DNA of 64,000 nt, taken from Octopus vulgaris. Lineage: Eukaryota. Of this stretch, positions 27,855-40,578 are shown piece by piece (the stretch's first letter is position 1; each line of letters opens with the position of its first letter). The notes under the pieces were generated by a model that searched no databases, was not told where the DNA came from, and was given only the letters and a program-made list of their open reading frames with translations. The stretch spans positions 197,594,001-197,658,000 of the forward strand of contig OX597814.1 of NCBI GenBank assembly GCA_951406725.2, written 5' to 3'. The position numbers and the translations under genes are program-made.

Positions 27855-28843
27855 ATAATTTAGTTTCAGCTCAGAGCTACGGCGATATTGATGCACCGCC
27901 GTTTTGCGCTACACTGTTATTACTGAGAGCCTCCTCTAATATGTGGCACTTGGTGAAGAATGGAGTTTGATGAAGCTACCCTCATTTGTACCTCATGCCG
28001 TTAGGTAGGTTCATATAGGACTCTCGACAGGAAGAGGTCCAGCTTTGGTTTAAAAACCGCTACATCTACTTTGTGCAGATTCCTCAGACTCTTTGGGAGA
28101 ATATTAAAAAGCTGTGGGCCCCTAAAACCCAGGCCGTTGCAGTAACTGGTCCTGAAGCGTAATGGCATTGCTGAGATCTTTGGCACTATGCAGTGTCGTC
28201 CTGTTCTGGCATTGGTGTAGCTTTCAATGCCAAAATTTGGCACAATTCCTTCCAGGATCTGTCAGATATATATTACTGCATACCTCTCTCCTCTTCTCTC
28301 CAAGGAGTAGAGTCTTAACTCTTTCAACATTTCCCAGTAGCTGAGCTGTTGCAAAGAGACGATCTTCTTTGTAAAACTTCTCTGGATTGCTTCAAGGTCC
28401 GCTGTTAATTTCGGAGTGGAGGGTGACCATATCTATGAGCAGTAATGCAGGAGGCTGAGGACGAACGTCCGCCAGAGGACCAGCATGGTTTCCTTACCTC
28501 TGGTTCTGAATGTTCTTAGGATCTATTCAGCCAGTTGTCAGCACTTTGTCGCCATCCTTGTAATGTGCACTTGGAAACAGGTATCATCACTCATATCGAT
28601 ACCTAGGTCCCTCACTGATTTAGGCTCTGGTATTGAAATTCCCTGGTAGCGCAGGGCTTGGATATTTTTCGTGATTAAACTGCATATTATTATTATCCTC
28701 AGCCCAACCTATCACTAGATTGAGTCCAACTCCTGCTGCAGGAGAGAGGGCCACTATAAAAAGCAGTGGTCCCAAGACAGTGCCCTGTGGATCTCCGCTC
28801 ACTATTTGTGTGTTCATAGAGGTGGCGGCATTAGCCACTACTG
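27855..28843 (-). pseudogene. CR1-group LINE family 1 3' fragment
   Basis: [38 protein letters not shown]. Confidence 0.88.
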
Positions 28844-28844
28844 G

Positions 28845-29511
28845 CACATGTGTCTGCGGAGTACTCAGCCACATACACGTTAATTTCACGAGCAAGTTGT
28901 TTCGTTGATCGTATCAGCTGGGACCCTCGTCGTCGCAACCGACGGAGTGCTCCTATATATGTATATAAATATGTATCTATATAATTTATATGTATACATA
29001 TCTATATACATGTATATGTGTATATATGTATATATGTATATACATATGTATATACATGTATATATGTATATGTATATATATTTCGTTTTTAGATGTGGTT
29101 TGCAAGATTCTTTATATGAGTTCGTGTGTTGAAGCATATTCTGTTTTGTCTCGGGAGAGTAATTTTCTGTTTCTGCCTTATAATGTAACACACTCACCGG
29201 TAAAGTTTCCAATTATTTCTTATTTATATTTTCCTAAAAATTTCGTTGCGTCTTGCAACCTTTTCAGACGAGGGTCCCAGCTGATACGATCAACGGAACA
29301 GCTTGCTTGTGAAATTCACGTGTAAGTGGCTGAGTACTCCACAGACACGTGTGCCCTTAACGTAGATCTCGGTGAGATTTAGTCAAGACTATTGAAAAGG
29401 TTGCAAGACGCAATAAAAATTTTAGGAAAATAAAAAATATGTGGAAATCTTACTGTTGAGTGTTAAATTATAAGGCACAAAAAGAAAATGACTCTCCCCA
29501 GACACAACAGA

Positions 29512-29515
<4 letters not shown>
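28845..29515. mobile_element. Interleaved inverted fragments: SINE C tail (+ 28845-28952; - 29268-29380) and Penelope-type terminal repeat (- 29080-29267; + 29381-29515)
   Basis: Each pair is a mutual reverse complement. Confidence 0.7.
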
Positions 29516-29554
<39 letters not shown>

Positions 29555-29985
29555 AGTATATGTATATAAGTATATGTATATAAATATATGTATATAAATA
29601 TATGTATATAAATATATATATATATGTATATAAGTATATGTATATAAATATATGTATATAAATATATGTATATAAATATATGTATATATGTATATAAATA
29701 TTTGTATATATATGTATATAAATATTTGTATATATATGTATATAAATATATGTATATATATATGTATATATATGTATATAAATATATGTATTCAAGGAAT
29801 ACCAGATAAGCCACCCATAATTGGATACAACTCACCCAACAAAAACTCACTACTTGAATGGACCATAAGCAAAACTTGACTTAAACAGGATTTAGATAAT
29901 CATATCAGATGGTGCTATTAATTTAGACATGGTCTGGACCAATGTTTGGTCGAAACATATCTAAGTTTATCTAAGTTTATATATG

Positions 29986-30054
<69 letters not shown>

Positions 30055-30084
30055 AAATGTATATAAATATATACGAAATACTAG

Positions 30085-32372
30085 AAGCTCTCATCTCTAA
30101 CCTGAATTTCCACAAAGCTCACTGGAAGGGCATTGAGAAAGAGGTCTTCGAATGTAACTGGTCCACCATCCTTTCGGGGGAAATCATCGACATGAAACTA
30201 TAGAACTTCATGGCAACCGTGTATAATATCTGTAATAAGTTTACCCCAAAGGGAACACCAAATCAATGGGCGAAGATAAATATAATAGCCAGGGATAGGA
30301 GGGTACTAATGAGACGAAGAGCAAAAATCTCAAACCATCTAAATGGACATCTAAAAGATTTCAGACGAATCCACCTAGAATGCACCTTGCTTGAGATTGA
30401 AAACGCACTCAAATTTTCCAATGAAAAGGAAATGGCAGAAAAGGAAACCAGGGCTACCAAAATCAATAAGCAGACCCTAAGACTTTTTTATAGAGATAGG
30501 CAAAAGAATCTGCTTCCGTGCGTTATTAAATAGGGCCGCTACTAGATGAAAACGGCTCACCATCTTCGGACCCCCAGAGAATCAGTGAATTACTGAATGC
30601 ACAATACAAGAGTGCTTTCAGCATACCGCTGGGGAAGCTACGAGTGAATGTGCCGGGGTGTTCTTTGACCCCGAAGATACGCATTGTGAAATGGCATCTA
30701 TTGATAACATCAACATAGAGGAAACTGATGTGATATCAGCCATCGAAGAGCTGAGCTCGATTCGGCAACGGGCCTTGATGGATTCCCTGCAATCCTCCTA
30801 AAGAAATGTAAAAGAGCTCTAGCTAGACTGCTTCAAATCATCCTTTTCCAGGAGTCCCTCAGGATGGGGAAGCTCCCCAAAAAACTAAAAGAAGGAATAA
30901 TATGCCCTAACTAGGCTAGGAATTATAGACCTTTCTCCCTGACATCCAATGTCAGTAAAGTCATGGAGCGCATTGTCAGGAAAAGAGTGATTGAGTTCCT
31001 TGAGGACAATGACCTGCTCTCTGACACCCAACATGGCTTTCGCCCGGGAAGGAGCTGTCTTACACAGCTTCTGCGACACTATGACTGGGTACTGAAGCAA
31101 TTAATGAACTGCTCAAAGGTGGATGTGGTATACCTCGACTTTGCGAAGGCATTTAACAAGGTCGACCATGGAATGATATGCCACAAAATACGGGAACTCG
31201 ACATCACAGGTAAAGTCGGAGAGTGGCTGCGTAATTTCCTAAAGGACAGGAGCCAAACTGTAGCAGCCAACGGAGCTCTCTCTACAGAGACACCAATAGT
31301 GAGTGGAGTACCCCTGGGCACTGTGCTGGGGTCACTGCTTTTCATGGTAGCTCTATAGGATATGCCATCGGTGACAGAGGCAGATATGCTTACCAGCTAT
31401 GCCGACGACACAAATGTCGCACAGTCAGTCAAGGAAACCTCTGATGCTACACTCTTACAGAAAGGTCTAGATGTCATCTATACATGGGATGAGGATAACA
31501 ACATGCAATTTAATGCAAGTAAATTCCAGGCCCTCTGCTACCAGATAAGTACCTCTCAGGAATCACATCAGTACGTTGGATCAAGTGGAGCAATGATCCA
31601 AGAATCAAATACGGTGCGTGATCTTGGAATAGAAATGAGCAATAATGCCTCATTTCACACACATATTAACAAAATGGTAGCAGTATCTAGAAGACTGGCC
31701 GGTTGAATTCTGAGAACCTTCCGGACAAGGGACCAAGAAACTATGGTGACACTATGGAAGTCATTTATCCTCAGCCGACTGGACTACTGCTCTCAGCTAT
31801 GGTCAACTTATACAACAAGGACGATAGCAGAGCTTGAAGCAGTCCAATGACATTACACAAAGGAAATTGCATCAATGGAACGACTGAGCTACTGGGAAAG
31901 ATTGAAAGGACCACAAATTTATTCCCTGGAACGAAGGCGGGAGAGGTATGCAGTTGATATATATATATGGAAGATACTTGAAGGTCTGGTACCAAACTTT
32001 GGAATAAAGAGCTATACCAGACCACGAACAGGACGTCACTGTGCTGTCCCCATGGCAACGACTGCTTCATCTCGGGCAAGGACGATGTACTGCAATAGCT
32101 TGGGTTTCAAGGGCCCATAGCTGTTTAAGTGTCTGCCGAAGCATATGAGGAGCCTACATAGAGTGGATGTAGACGTTTTCAAACGTGAACTTGACCTCTG
32201 GCTCACCAAGATCCCGGATGAGCCAATATCTAGGCAAGAAACAGAAAAGAGGGCAGTAGCATCGAGCTCAATGCCCCAACAAAGGCCGCTCCGACAAAGA
32301 TGGAAAGTGGAAAGATGAATACAGTGGCGGTGCTCCAGCATGGCCACATGCATTGGACTGAAGCATATAAAA

Positions 32373-32375
<3 letters not shown>
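30085..32375 (+). pseudogene. CR1-group LINE family 1 (subfamily b), ORF2 linker-RT-3' end
   Basis: QHGFRPGRSCLTQLL, YLDFAKAFNKVDHG, SGVPLGTVLG, YADDT, LERRRERY; stops; tail GCTCCAGCATGGCC. Confidence 0.92.
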
Positions 32376-32424
<49 letters not shown>

Positions 32425-32428
<4 letters not shown>

Positions 32429-32714
32429 TTTTATATGCTTCAGTCCAATGCATGTGGCCATGCTGGAGCCAGAGGTCAAGTTCACATTTGAAAACGTCTA
32501 CATCCACTCTATGTAGGCTCCTGAGATGCTTCAGCAGACAGTTAAACAGCTATGGGCCCTTGAAACCCAAGCTATTGCAGTGCATCGTCCTTGCCCGAGA
32601 TGAAGCAGTCGGCACAGTTGGGACAGCCCAGTGACGTCTTGTTCGTGGTCTGGTATAGCTCTTTAATCCAAAGTTTGGTACCAATTCTTCCAGTATCTTA
32701 CATATATGTATTAC

Positions 32715-32720
<6 letters not shown>
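32425..32720 (-). mobile_element. Inverted duplicate of the 3' end of the preceding LINE
   Basis: Reverse complement of about 31950-32203 joined to 32332-32375. Confidence 0.88.
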
Positions 32721-32759
<39 letters not shown>

Positions 32760-33630
32760 TCTTTGGATAAAATTACCAGCGAGGACATATTAAAAGAATT
32801 TAAAGAAATTAACTCAAATTTAGTTATTGTAACTAACAAAATAGATGGACTAAATTACCGTACCCGAGAAGAAACGGAACTTAAACAAAGAAGACAATCT
32901 ACAAAACAGGTTAGTCAAAATTTGAACAAACTATGCACGACACTACATTCATTTTTCACAAATAACTTTGAAAAAGAATCATCACCAAAAAACCGAAACT
33001 ACAATGAAAATATACTTATAAAAAACTAGTACTATCCATACTAGAAAACGAGGTCTTCTACGAAAAAATTATAAACTATAAACAACAAAAGACAAAGAAA
33101 AATCTTGCATCCTTAATTCTTCTACATGGTAAAGGCCTGACAGAAAAAGAAACAGACTACATCACGAACTTCAAATGTAAACCCAGTCTTTTTTAAGGCC
33201 TTCCTAAAATACACAAGAGCAAGATAATCAATGAAGCCTGCAAACAATCACCAGGCAAATATATAAATATCCAAACGCCAGAAGACTTAACTTTAAGACC
33301 CATTGTAGCTGGGCCGGCCTGTGAAACCCACCGACTAAGCAATTTTCTAGACATCCTACTGAAACACTTGCTGAAATACATCAGAAGCTTCATTAGGGAT
33401 GATTTAGACATACTAGAACACCTACCAAAATCGATTAATTAAGAGGAAATATTGGTTACCCTCGATGTTATCAATCTTTACACCAACATGCCCCATGACA
33501 AGAACTCACTACTTGAATGGACCTTAAACAAAACAGGAGTTAGATAACCCTATCAAGTGGTGCTATTAAGTTAGACATGGCCTGGACCAATCTTTGGTCG
33601 AAACATATTTAAGGTTAATTTAAGTTTTTA
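32760..33630 (+). pseudogene. Penelope-like element, RT N-terminal part fused to terminal-repeat sequence (33501-33630, also at 29842-29978)
   Basis: F*GLPKIHKSKII...LRPIVAGPACETHRLSNFLDILLK...LVTLDVINLYTNMPHD (33179-33499). Confidence 0.85.
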
Positions 33631-33652
33631 TCCATATATACTTATATCTGCA

Positions 33653-34052
<400 letters not shown>

Positions 34053-35515
34053 CTGATGCACCGCCGTTTTGCTACACTATTATTACTGAGACCCTCCTCT
34101 AATATGTGGCACTTGGTGAAGCATGGACTTTGATGTAGCTACCCTCATTTGTACCTCTATCCGTGAGGCAGGCTCATCTGGAACTCTTGACAGGAAGAGG
34201 TCCAGCTTTGATATAAAAAACCCTATATCTACTTTGTGCAGTTTCCGCAGCCTCTTTGAGAGAATATTAAAACGTTGTGGGCCCTTGAAGCCCAAGCTGT
34301 TGCAGTAACTGGTCCTGAAGCGTGATGGCATTGCTGAGATCTTTGGCACTATGCAGTGTCGTCCCGTTCTGGCATTGGTGTAGCTTTCAATGACAAAATT
34401 GGCACAATTTCTTCTAGGATCTTCCCGATAGATATTACTGCATACCTCTCCCGTCTTCTCTCCAGGGAGTAGAGTCTTAACTGTTTCAACCTTTCCCAGG
34501 AGCTGAGCTGTTGCAAAGAGACGGTCTTCTTTGTGAATTTTCTCTGGATTGTTTCAAGGTCTGCTGGTGACCACACCTGGGAGCAGTAATCCAGGCGGCT
34601 GAGGACGAATGTCCGCCAGAAGACCATCATGGTTTCCTCATCTATAGTTCTGAATGTTCTTAGGATCCATCCAGCCAGTCGTCTGCACTTTCTCGCCATC
34701 CTGTTAATGTGCACTTGGAAAGAGGTATCATCACTTATGTCGATACCCAGCCCCCTCACTGACTTAGGCTCTGGGATTGAAATTCCCTTTGGACCGGCGT
34801 ACCCTGTAAGTTTAATATTCAGTTTTGGATGCTGGTAGCGCATGGCCTGGAATTTCTCAGCATTAAACTGCATATTATTATCCTCAGCCCATCTGTAAAT
34901 TGAGTCCAACTCCTGCTGCAGGTGTGCAGCATCGCTGGGGTTCTGTATTTTCTGCGAGACTTTCGTATTATCTGCATAGCATGCATGGGTGGCTATCCGG
35001 ACATTTGAAATCATATCTGAAAGGGCCATTATAAAAAGCAGTGGTCCCAAGACAGTGCCCTGTGGAACACCGCTCACTATTTGTGTGTGACTGCATTAGC
35101 CACTACTGCCTGACTCCTATCTTTCAGGAAATCGTGTAACCACTCTCCAACTTTTCCAGCTATGCCAAGGTTACGCAGGTTGTGACATATCATACCATGA
35201 TCTACCTCGTCAAAAGCTTTTGCAAAATCAAGGTATATTACCTCCACATTTAACTTGTTGAGTAACTGCCTCAACACCCAGTCATAATGCTGTAAGAGCT
35301 GGGTCAGGCAGCTCTTACCTGGTCGAAAACCATGCTTGTTATCACTCAGCAAGTTATTTTCTTCAAGGAATGCAATTAGTTTCCCTCTGACTATCCGTTC
35401 CATAACTTTGCTGATGTGTGAAGTCAGAGAGATAGGCCTATAGTTTTTGGCATCTGCTCTACTTCCCTTTTATGTATTGGGCATATTATTCCCTCCTTCA
35501 GCTTGTTTGCAGTAT
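34053..35515 (-). pseudogene. CR1-group LINE family 1 (subfamily a), RT to 3' end
   Basis: EGIICPIHK, HGFRPGKSCLTQLL, YLDFAKAFD, SGVPQGTVLGPLLF, YADNTK. Confidence 0.92.
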
Positions 35516-35534
35516 ATAGAAGCCCCTCTGTGTC

Positions 35535-37132
35535 ACTGGTTGTATAAAAGAATGGGACCCTCACCTCATTGGAGAACCAGAGGAAATAAGTTCCCTCCAT
35601 AAGAAAAGGAAGGACAGAACACAAGCATAAAGAAGGAAAGGAAGAAAAGGAAAGGCAAAAATGAAACAACCAAAACCGAAACCCCAACCCACAAAACAAA
35701 AATCAGAAATCCCCATGAAGGATCCGATGCCATCCAAAACCCTACAACAGTGAAGAAATTTGGAAGGCACTCAAGATACTGCAGATTTTACCTGCAAGGC
35801 AAATGTTGGCATGGGGAAGATGGCAGAAACTGCCGGTTTTCCCACTCTACACTCCGCCAAATCTACAGTGGCCTCAAGGAAAGACAACAAAAGCCTCCAA
35901 GGACAAAATTTACGAAAGAAGTGCGCTCTTCAGAGTTTATGCGCAAGGCAGTAGCTAAGCAAGTGTCTTTTTAGTACATACCACAAAAGATTGTCTCACA
36001 AGAATTAAAGAAATCCCCATGAACTTGGAATATCACGTGACCATATTTCTTATGGGTGACTTCAACTACCCCAACGTCAAATGGCCCGAAGGTCTCATAC
36101 TCTCAGGAATGACTCATGGCAAGCAAGCACAGATGGAGTCCCTGCTCAACCTCACCAATGCCCTATTCATGGAGCAAGCTGTACTTAGTCCAACTAGGGC
36201 GAATAACATTCTGGATCTCTGCTTCACGAACAATATGGACATCATTCATGGTGTGAAAGTGACACCTACATTAGTCTCGGATCACAACATAATAGAGCTG
36301 TCTATGTTTGAGCAGAAAGTAACCAGAGACATACAGCCTAAAGGAAGCACCCGAAATCTCTCCAATCTGAACTTCTACAAAGCAGATTGGAAATCGATCC
36401 AAAAAGAGATCCTCAGAGAGGACTGGCCGAAATGTCTCTCCACACCAGACATTGACATGAAACTAGAATGTTTCATGTCTTCTGTGCAAACCAAATGCCA
36501 AAAATATGTCCCAGAACACAAGGCCAAAACAAATAGGAACAAGATTCCAAGGGTGAGGAAGATCCTCATGAGATGACGGACGAAGATTGCAAATCGACTC
36601 AACCAACATCCCAAAATTAGCGAAACGCCCCACCTAAAAACAACACTGATGGAGATCGAAAAACGCTGCAACAATCCTATGTGAGGGAGAAAGCAGACAA
36701 AGAAGCCTGGGTTATAAAAAACATTAAATCAAACCCAAAGGCCTTCTTTCATTACGCGAAAGAAACAGCCTCAGTGCACTACAAGATAGGACCCCTCCTC
36801 CAAAAGGATGGCTCCCTCACAGACAGTCCAACTAAGATCAGTGAGATACTGAATGACCAGTTCAAAAGTGTATTTACCACCCCGTTGGGACACAGACAAG
36901 TGAACGAACCAGTGGACTTCTTTGCCGCCTCACTTATAACCAGCGAGGCAGTTACAATGGAATACATTGACATTAGCGAAGAATATACAACCTGCCATCA
37001 ATGAAGTGGACACAAACTCAACTGCTCAAGACTCTCTTTCAGAGCTTTCTTACAAATGGCAAACCGCTAAGCAAGCTGAAGGAGGGAATAATATGCCCAA
37101 TACATAAAGGGGGAAGTAGAGCAGATGCCAAA
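35535..37132 (+). pseudogene. CR1-group LINE family 1 (subfamily a), 5' part: CCCH-finger ORF1 remnant, partial APE, linker
   Basis: CRFYLQGKCWHGEDGRNCRFSH; MGDFNYP, PTRANNILDL, SDHNII; NPKAFFHY; continues at 40579 after a nested insertion. Confidence 0.85.
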
Positions 37133-40100
37133 CCAAAGCGAGGTTCATTCCACAGTTGACTTGGAACAGTCAAATAGATAGGCGTGAAGAGGACAAATAT
37201 TAAGTGTCCGAAAGCAAATGGCGCAGCGAGTTATAAAATATTTGACAACGAGGTAGCAAGAATGACCACCAAATTCAAAGGCGACGACGAACAAAAGCTC
37301 GAAAACCTGGCTAATACAATCTACCAGGAAGGAGAGAAAAGATTAGGACTGGAAACGACAAGGAAAGTAGAATCAACGGCAAAGAGCGGACCATCGAGGA
37401 GAGAAAGACGGATCGCAAAGATTCGAGAAGAGAAGAAAAATCTCAGAACCAGATGGAGGGATGCAAAGGAGGAGGAAAGAGAAGGTCTAAAGCAGCTATA
37501 TGAAGAGATAAAAAAGAGGCATCGAGATCTACTAAGAAAACAAAGAAGGAAGAACAGAAGAAAGGAGAGAGAAAAGAACTATCATAGATTTGTAAACAAT
37601 CCCTATCAATATGCGAAACATTTATCTTCTGAAAGTAAAAGCGGAAAATTGGATTGCACGAAAGAAGAGCTCGAACAACATCTGAAAGAGACATAGAGCG
37701 ATTCGGACAGAAATGAAGTACTCCCAGAAATGCACGAACTGAAGAAACCACCTGAAGCAAGGGTACCATTTGATTTGAGTGACATCAAACGGAAAAAAAT
37801 GGATGAGTTCATAAGAAAAGCTAGAGCAAAAAGTTCACCAGGGAACGATGGAGTGAGCTACAAGGTATAAAAATATTAACCGAAATTACGTTTGCAGCTG
37901 TTTACACTGATAAGAGAATTGTGGAAGAAGAAAGATGTAGCGGAGCGATAGTGTATAGCCGAAGGTATCTATCTATGCAAAAACACTTGGACAATTTAGA
38001 CCAATTTCATTATTAGATATTGACGGGAAAATCATGTTTGGAATTAGTGCAAGACGAATCATAAGATTCGTATAGCACAACGGGTACGTTAATGAAGCAA
38101 TCCAAAAAGCAGGAATCCCCAGAATCCCTGGGTGCATAGAACACACATTTGCCATCTGGGAAGCCATCACCTGTGCAAAACAACTGAAGAAAAACTTGTA
38201 TATTGTTTGGCTAGATCTTGCCAATGCTTATGGATCTGTTCCGCACGCAATAATAAAAACAGCGATGGACTTCTTTGGGATTCCAGAAGATGTTCAACGA
38301 ATGCTCATGTTCTACTACGACAACCTGAGGATGAGATTTACAGCAGGAAAGTTCACAACGGAGTGGCAACAGCTTGAAATAGGTATTGCAGCCGGATGCA
38401 CGATATCAGTCATCTTATTCGTGCTAGTCATGGAAATGTTACTTAGATCTACAAACTGTGAGAAAGCTGTTACAAAGACACCATTAAGGGCTTTTATGGA
38501 CGACGTTACTGTATTATCAGAAAGTAGAGAAGCAGCAGATGGAACGTTAGAGCGATTGGACGAACTGATAGGATGGGCAAGAATGAAATTCAAAACCAAA
38601 AAATCTCGAAGCGTGGCTTTCGTGAAAGGAGTGTAAGAAGAAGTGAAATTCAGGATAGGAGGTGAAGACATACCAACGGTGAAAGAACAACCAGTAAAGA
38701 GTCTCGACAGATGGTATAGAGATTTATTAAATGATAAGAAGCAAGGCAAAGAAACACACGAGTTAGTAGAACAAGGACTAAAGACAATTGACAGAACAAC
38801 GCTGCCGGAAAAATTCAAATGTTGGATACTGCAATTTGGGCTGTACCCAAGGATAATGTGGCCATTGCAAATGTACGAAATAGCCTCGAGTAGAGTAGAA
38901 AGGATGGAACAAAGATGCAGTGTGTTTATCAGAAAATGGCTTGGTCTGCTGAAACCACTGCACTATATGGAAAACCCGTGCTGCAACTACCAATAACATC
39001 AATCGCCGAAGAATATAAGGCAGGAAAGGCTAGGACAGTAATGATGCTAAGGTATTCAAAAGATCAGAGCATCCGGGAAAACCCTCCAAAGGTACGAACA
39101 TGGAGGAAATGGAAGGGGGAAGAGGCAGTAAATAGGGCGATCGGAAAACTAAGGCACGCAGATATAGTCGGGGCGACGCAAGAAGCAAAAGCCGGCCTAG
39201 GGTAGCACAATTTCAGGCCATTTTGCAAGAGCAATATAAAAGAGATGAAAGAGGCAGTGGTACACGAAGTGAGAAAGGAGGAAGAAGAAAGGCGAAATAT
39301 ACATTTGGTGCAATGTAGTCAACAGGGACAGTGCCTAAGATGGGAGGAATATGTGATCAGCTGCAGAATATCATGGGAGTAACTTTGGACTTGGGAACAA
39401 GCAAGAACATCCTTCCTGATAAAGTCTACCTTCGACGTTCTACCCTCACCGGCGAACTTAGTCCGGTGGAACATAAAAACAACCGATGAGTGTAGATGCG
39501 GAGAGAAAGCAATCGTTAGACATGTTCTGTCAAACTGCAGACTAGCACTAGAAAGGTATACATGGCGTCATAATCAAGTCCTCGGCGTCATAAACGCAGC
39601 ACTCAAGGAGAAGATCGAGAGGTACAATAGGGGAGAGTACCCAAAAGTAGAAAAGCGCAGGAAAGTATACTTCCACAAGGAGGGAAATGGTTATAAAACC
39701 AGGCCTACAAGTAAAGTATACGAGATGGACGAAAGATGGAAGGGATACTGGGAGCTGGCCAAGGATTTGGAAAGACTTGTAATATTTCCACTCATAAAAA
39801 CGACAAAAAGGCAAGATTTAGTCCTATGGGACAGAGCACGGAGAATGGGAATTTTACTAGAACTGACAGTGCCATGGGAAGACAACATCGGCAATGCAAA
39901 GAAACAAAAGAAGAGGTACGAGTGCAGATAACAAGGATGGAATGTCGAGTATTACCACCTGGCAGTGGGAGCTAGGGGCTTCATTGAAAGAAAAATGACA
40001 ACGCTATTCAAAAGAAGATTTATTTTTTCTAGCTCGGAGGTGAGAAAACTAGTAAGGAGAGTACAGGAGGCGGTCGAAAAAGCCAGCTTCTATATATGGC

Positions 40101-40238
40101 TGAAGCGGGAAGACCAAAACTGGCTTCAAAGTCATAACATGCCGGCGGAAAATAATAGCACTAGGTGAGACAAGCTGACACTGATTGACAGGCGACGGTC
40201 TCGTTTAAAGAATGCGTGAGCTAAGACTACGCGCCTTC

Positions 40239-40350
40239 ATTGGTCAGTTCAAGTTGAGACAGTGTCACGTGACAACTTGCTGGGGCTGACTGCTAGAGCC
40301 TAGCAGCAGGTATTTAAAGGGAATAAAAAAATTTGACAAGGCAGTCAGTT
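40239..40350 (+). promoter_or_regulatory. Candidate Pol II core promoter inside the HERO-like 3' UTR
   Basis: ATTGG 40239-40243, palindromic TGTCACGTGACA 40263-40274, TATTTAAA 40311-40318, CAGTCAGTT initiator-like 40342-40350. Confidence 0.45.
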
Positions 40351-40457
40351 GCCCGCTGACACTCGTTGACGCTACATCGAAGAGGCCAGGGAACAGAAGA
40401 AAGAAGACATGCACCCTACACCAGAGCTGAAGACACCTCCGAAAGGGGAGGCTCCCG

Positions 40458-40522
40458 CCACGTCAAAAGGGTAGAGGAGTAGGGGCCGAAACCGGACGTG
40501 GTTCCTCCTGATGACGTCTTGA
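40458..40522 (+). ncRNA. Candidate non-circularly permuted hammerhead ribozyme
   Basis: GUA site 40471-40473, GAAA 40488-40491, CUGAUGA 40508-40514; stems I, II and III can all form but in non-canonical strand order. Confidence 0.6.
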
Positions 40523-40578
40523 GATACCTGGATCCTATAAAGGAGCTGTTGTGGTAGCAGACCACGAAACACGGTTGA

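Larger units (their letters stand above)
37133..40578 (+). mobile_element. HERO-like (R2 group, RLE-type) non-LTR retrotransposon, 5'-truncated, ORF disrupted
   Basis: SPGNDG, QKAGIP.IPGCIEH, LDLANAYGSVPH, GIAAGCTIS, AFMDD, WARMKFK.KKSRS, RHADIVG, CRCG..HVLSNC..RYTWRHNQVL, RQDLVLW..LELTVPWE, VGARGF; several in-frame stops. Confidence 0.85.

Noticed and set aside
33571-33615. GACCAA/TTGGTC hairpin followed by GAAAC (also 29921-29968)
   Set aside because: No CUGANGA core or stem I in either copy; not called a hammerhead.
40427-40451. CTGAAGA...GAAA upstream of the permuted hammerhead
   Set aside because: No stem II, stem III or NUH; GAAA sits in the loop of the CCTCC/GGAGG hairpin.
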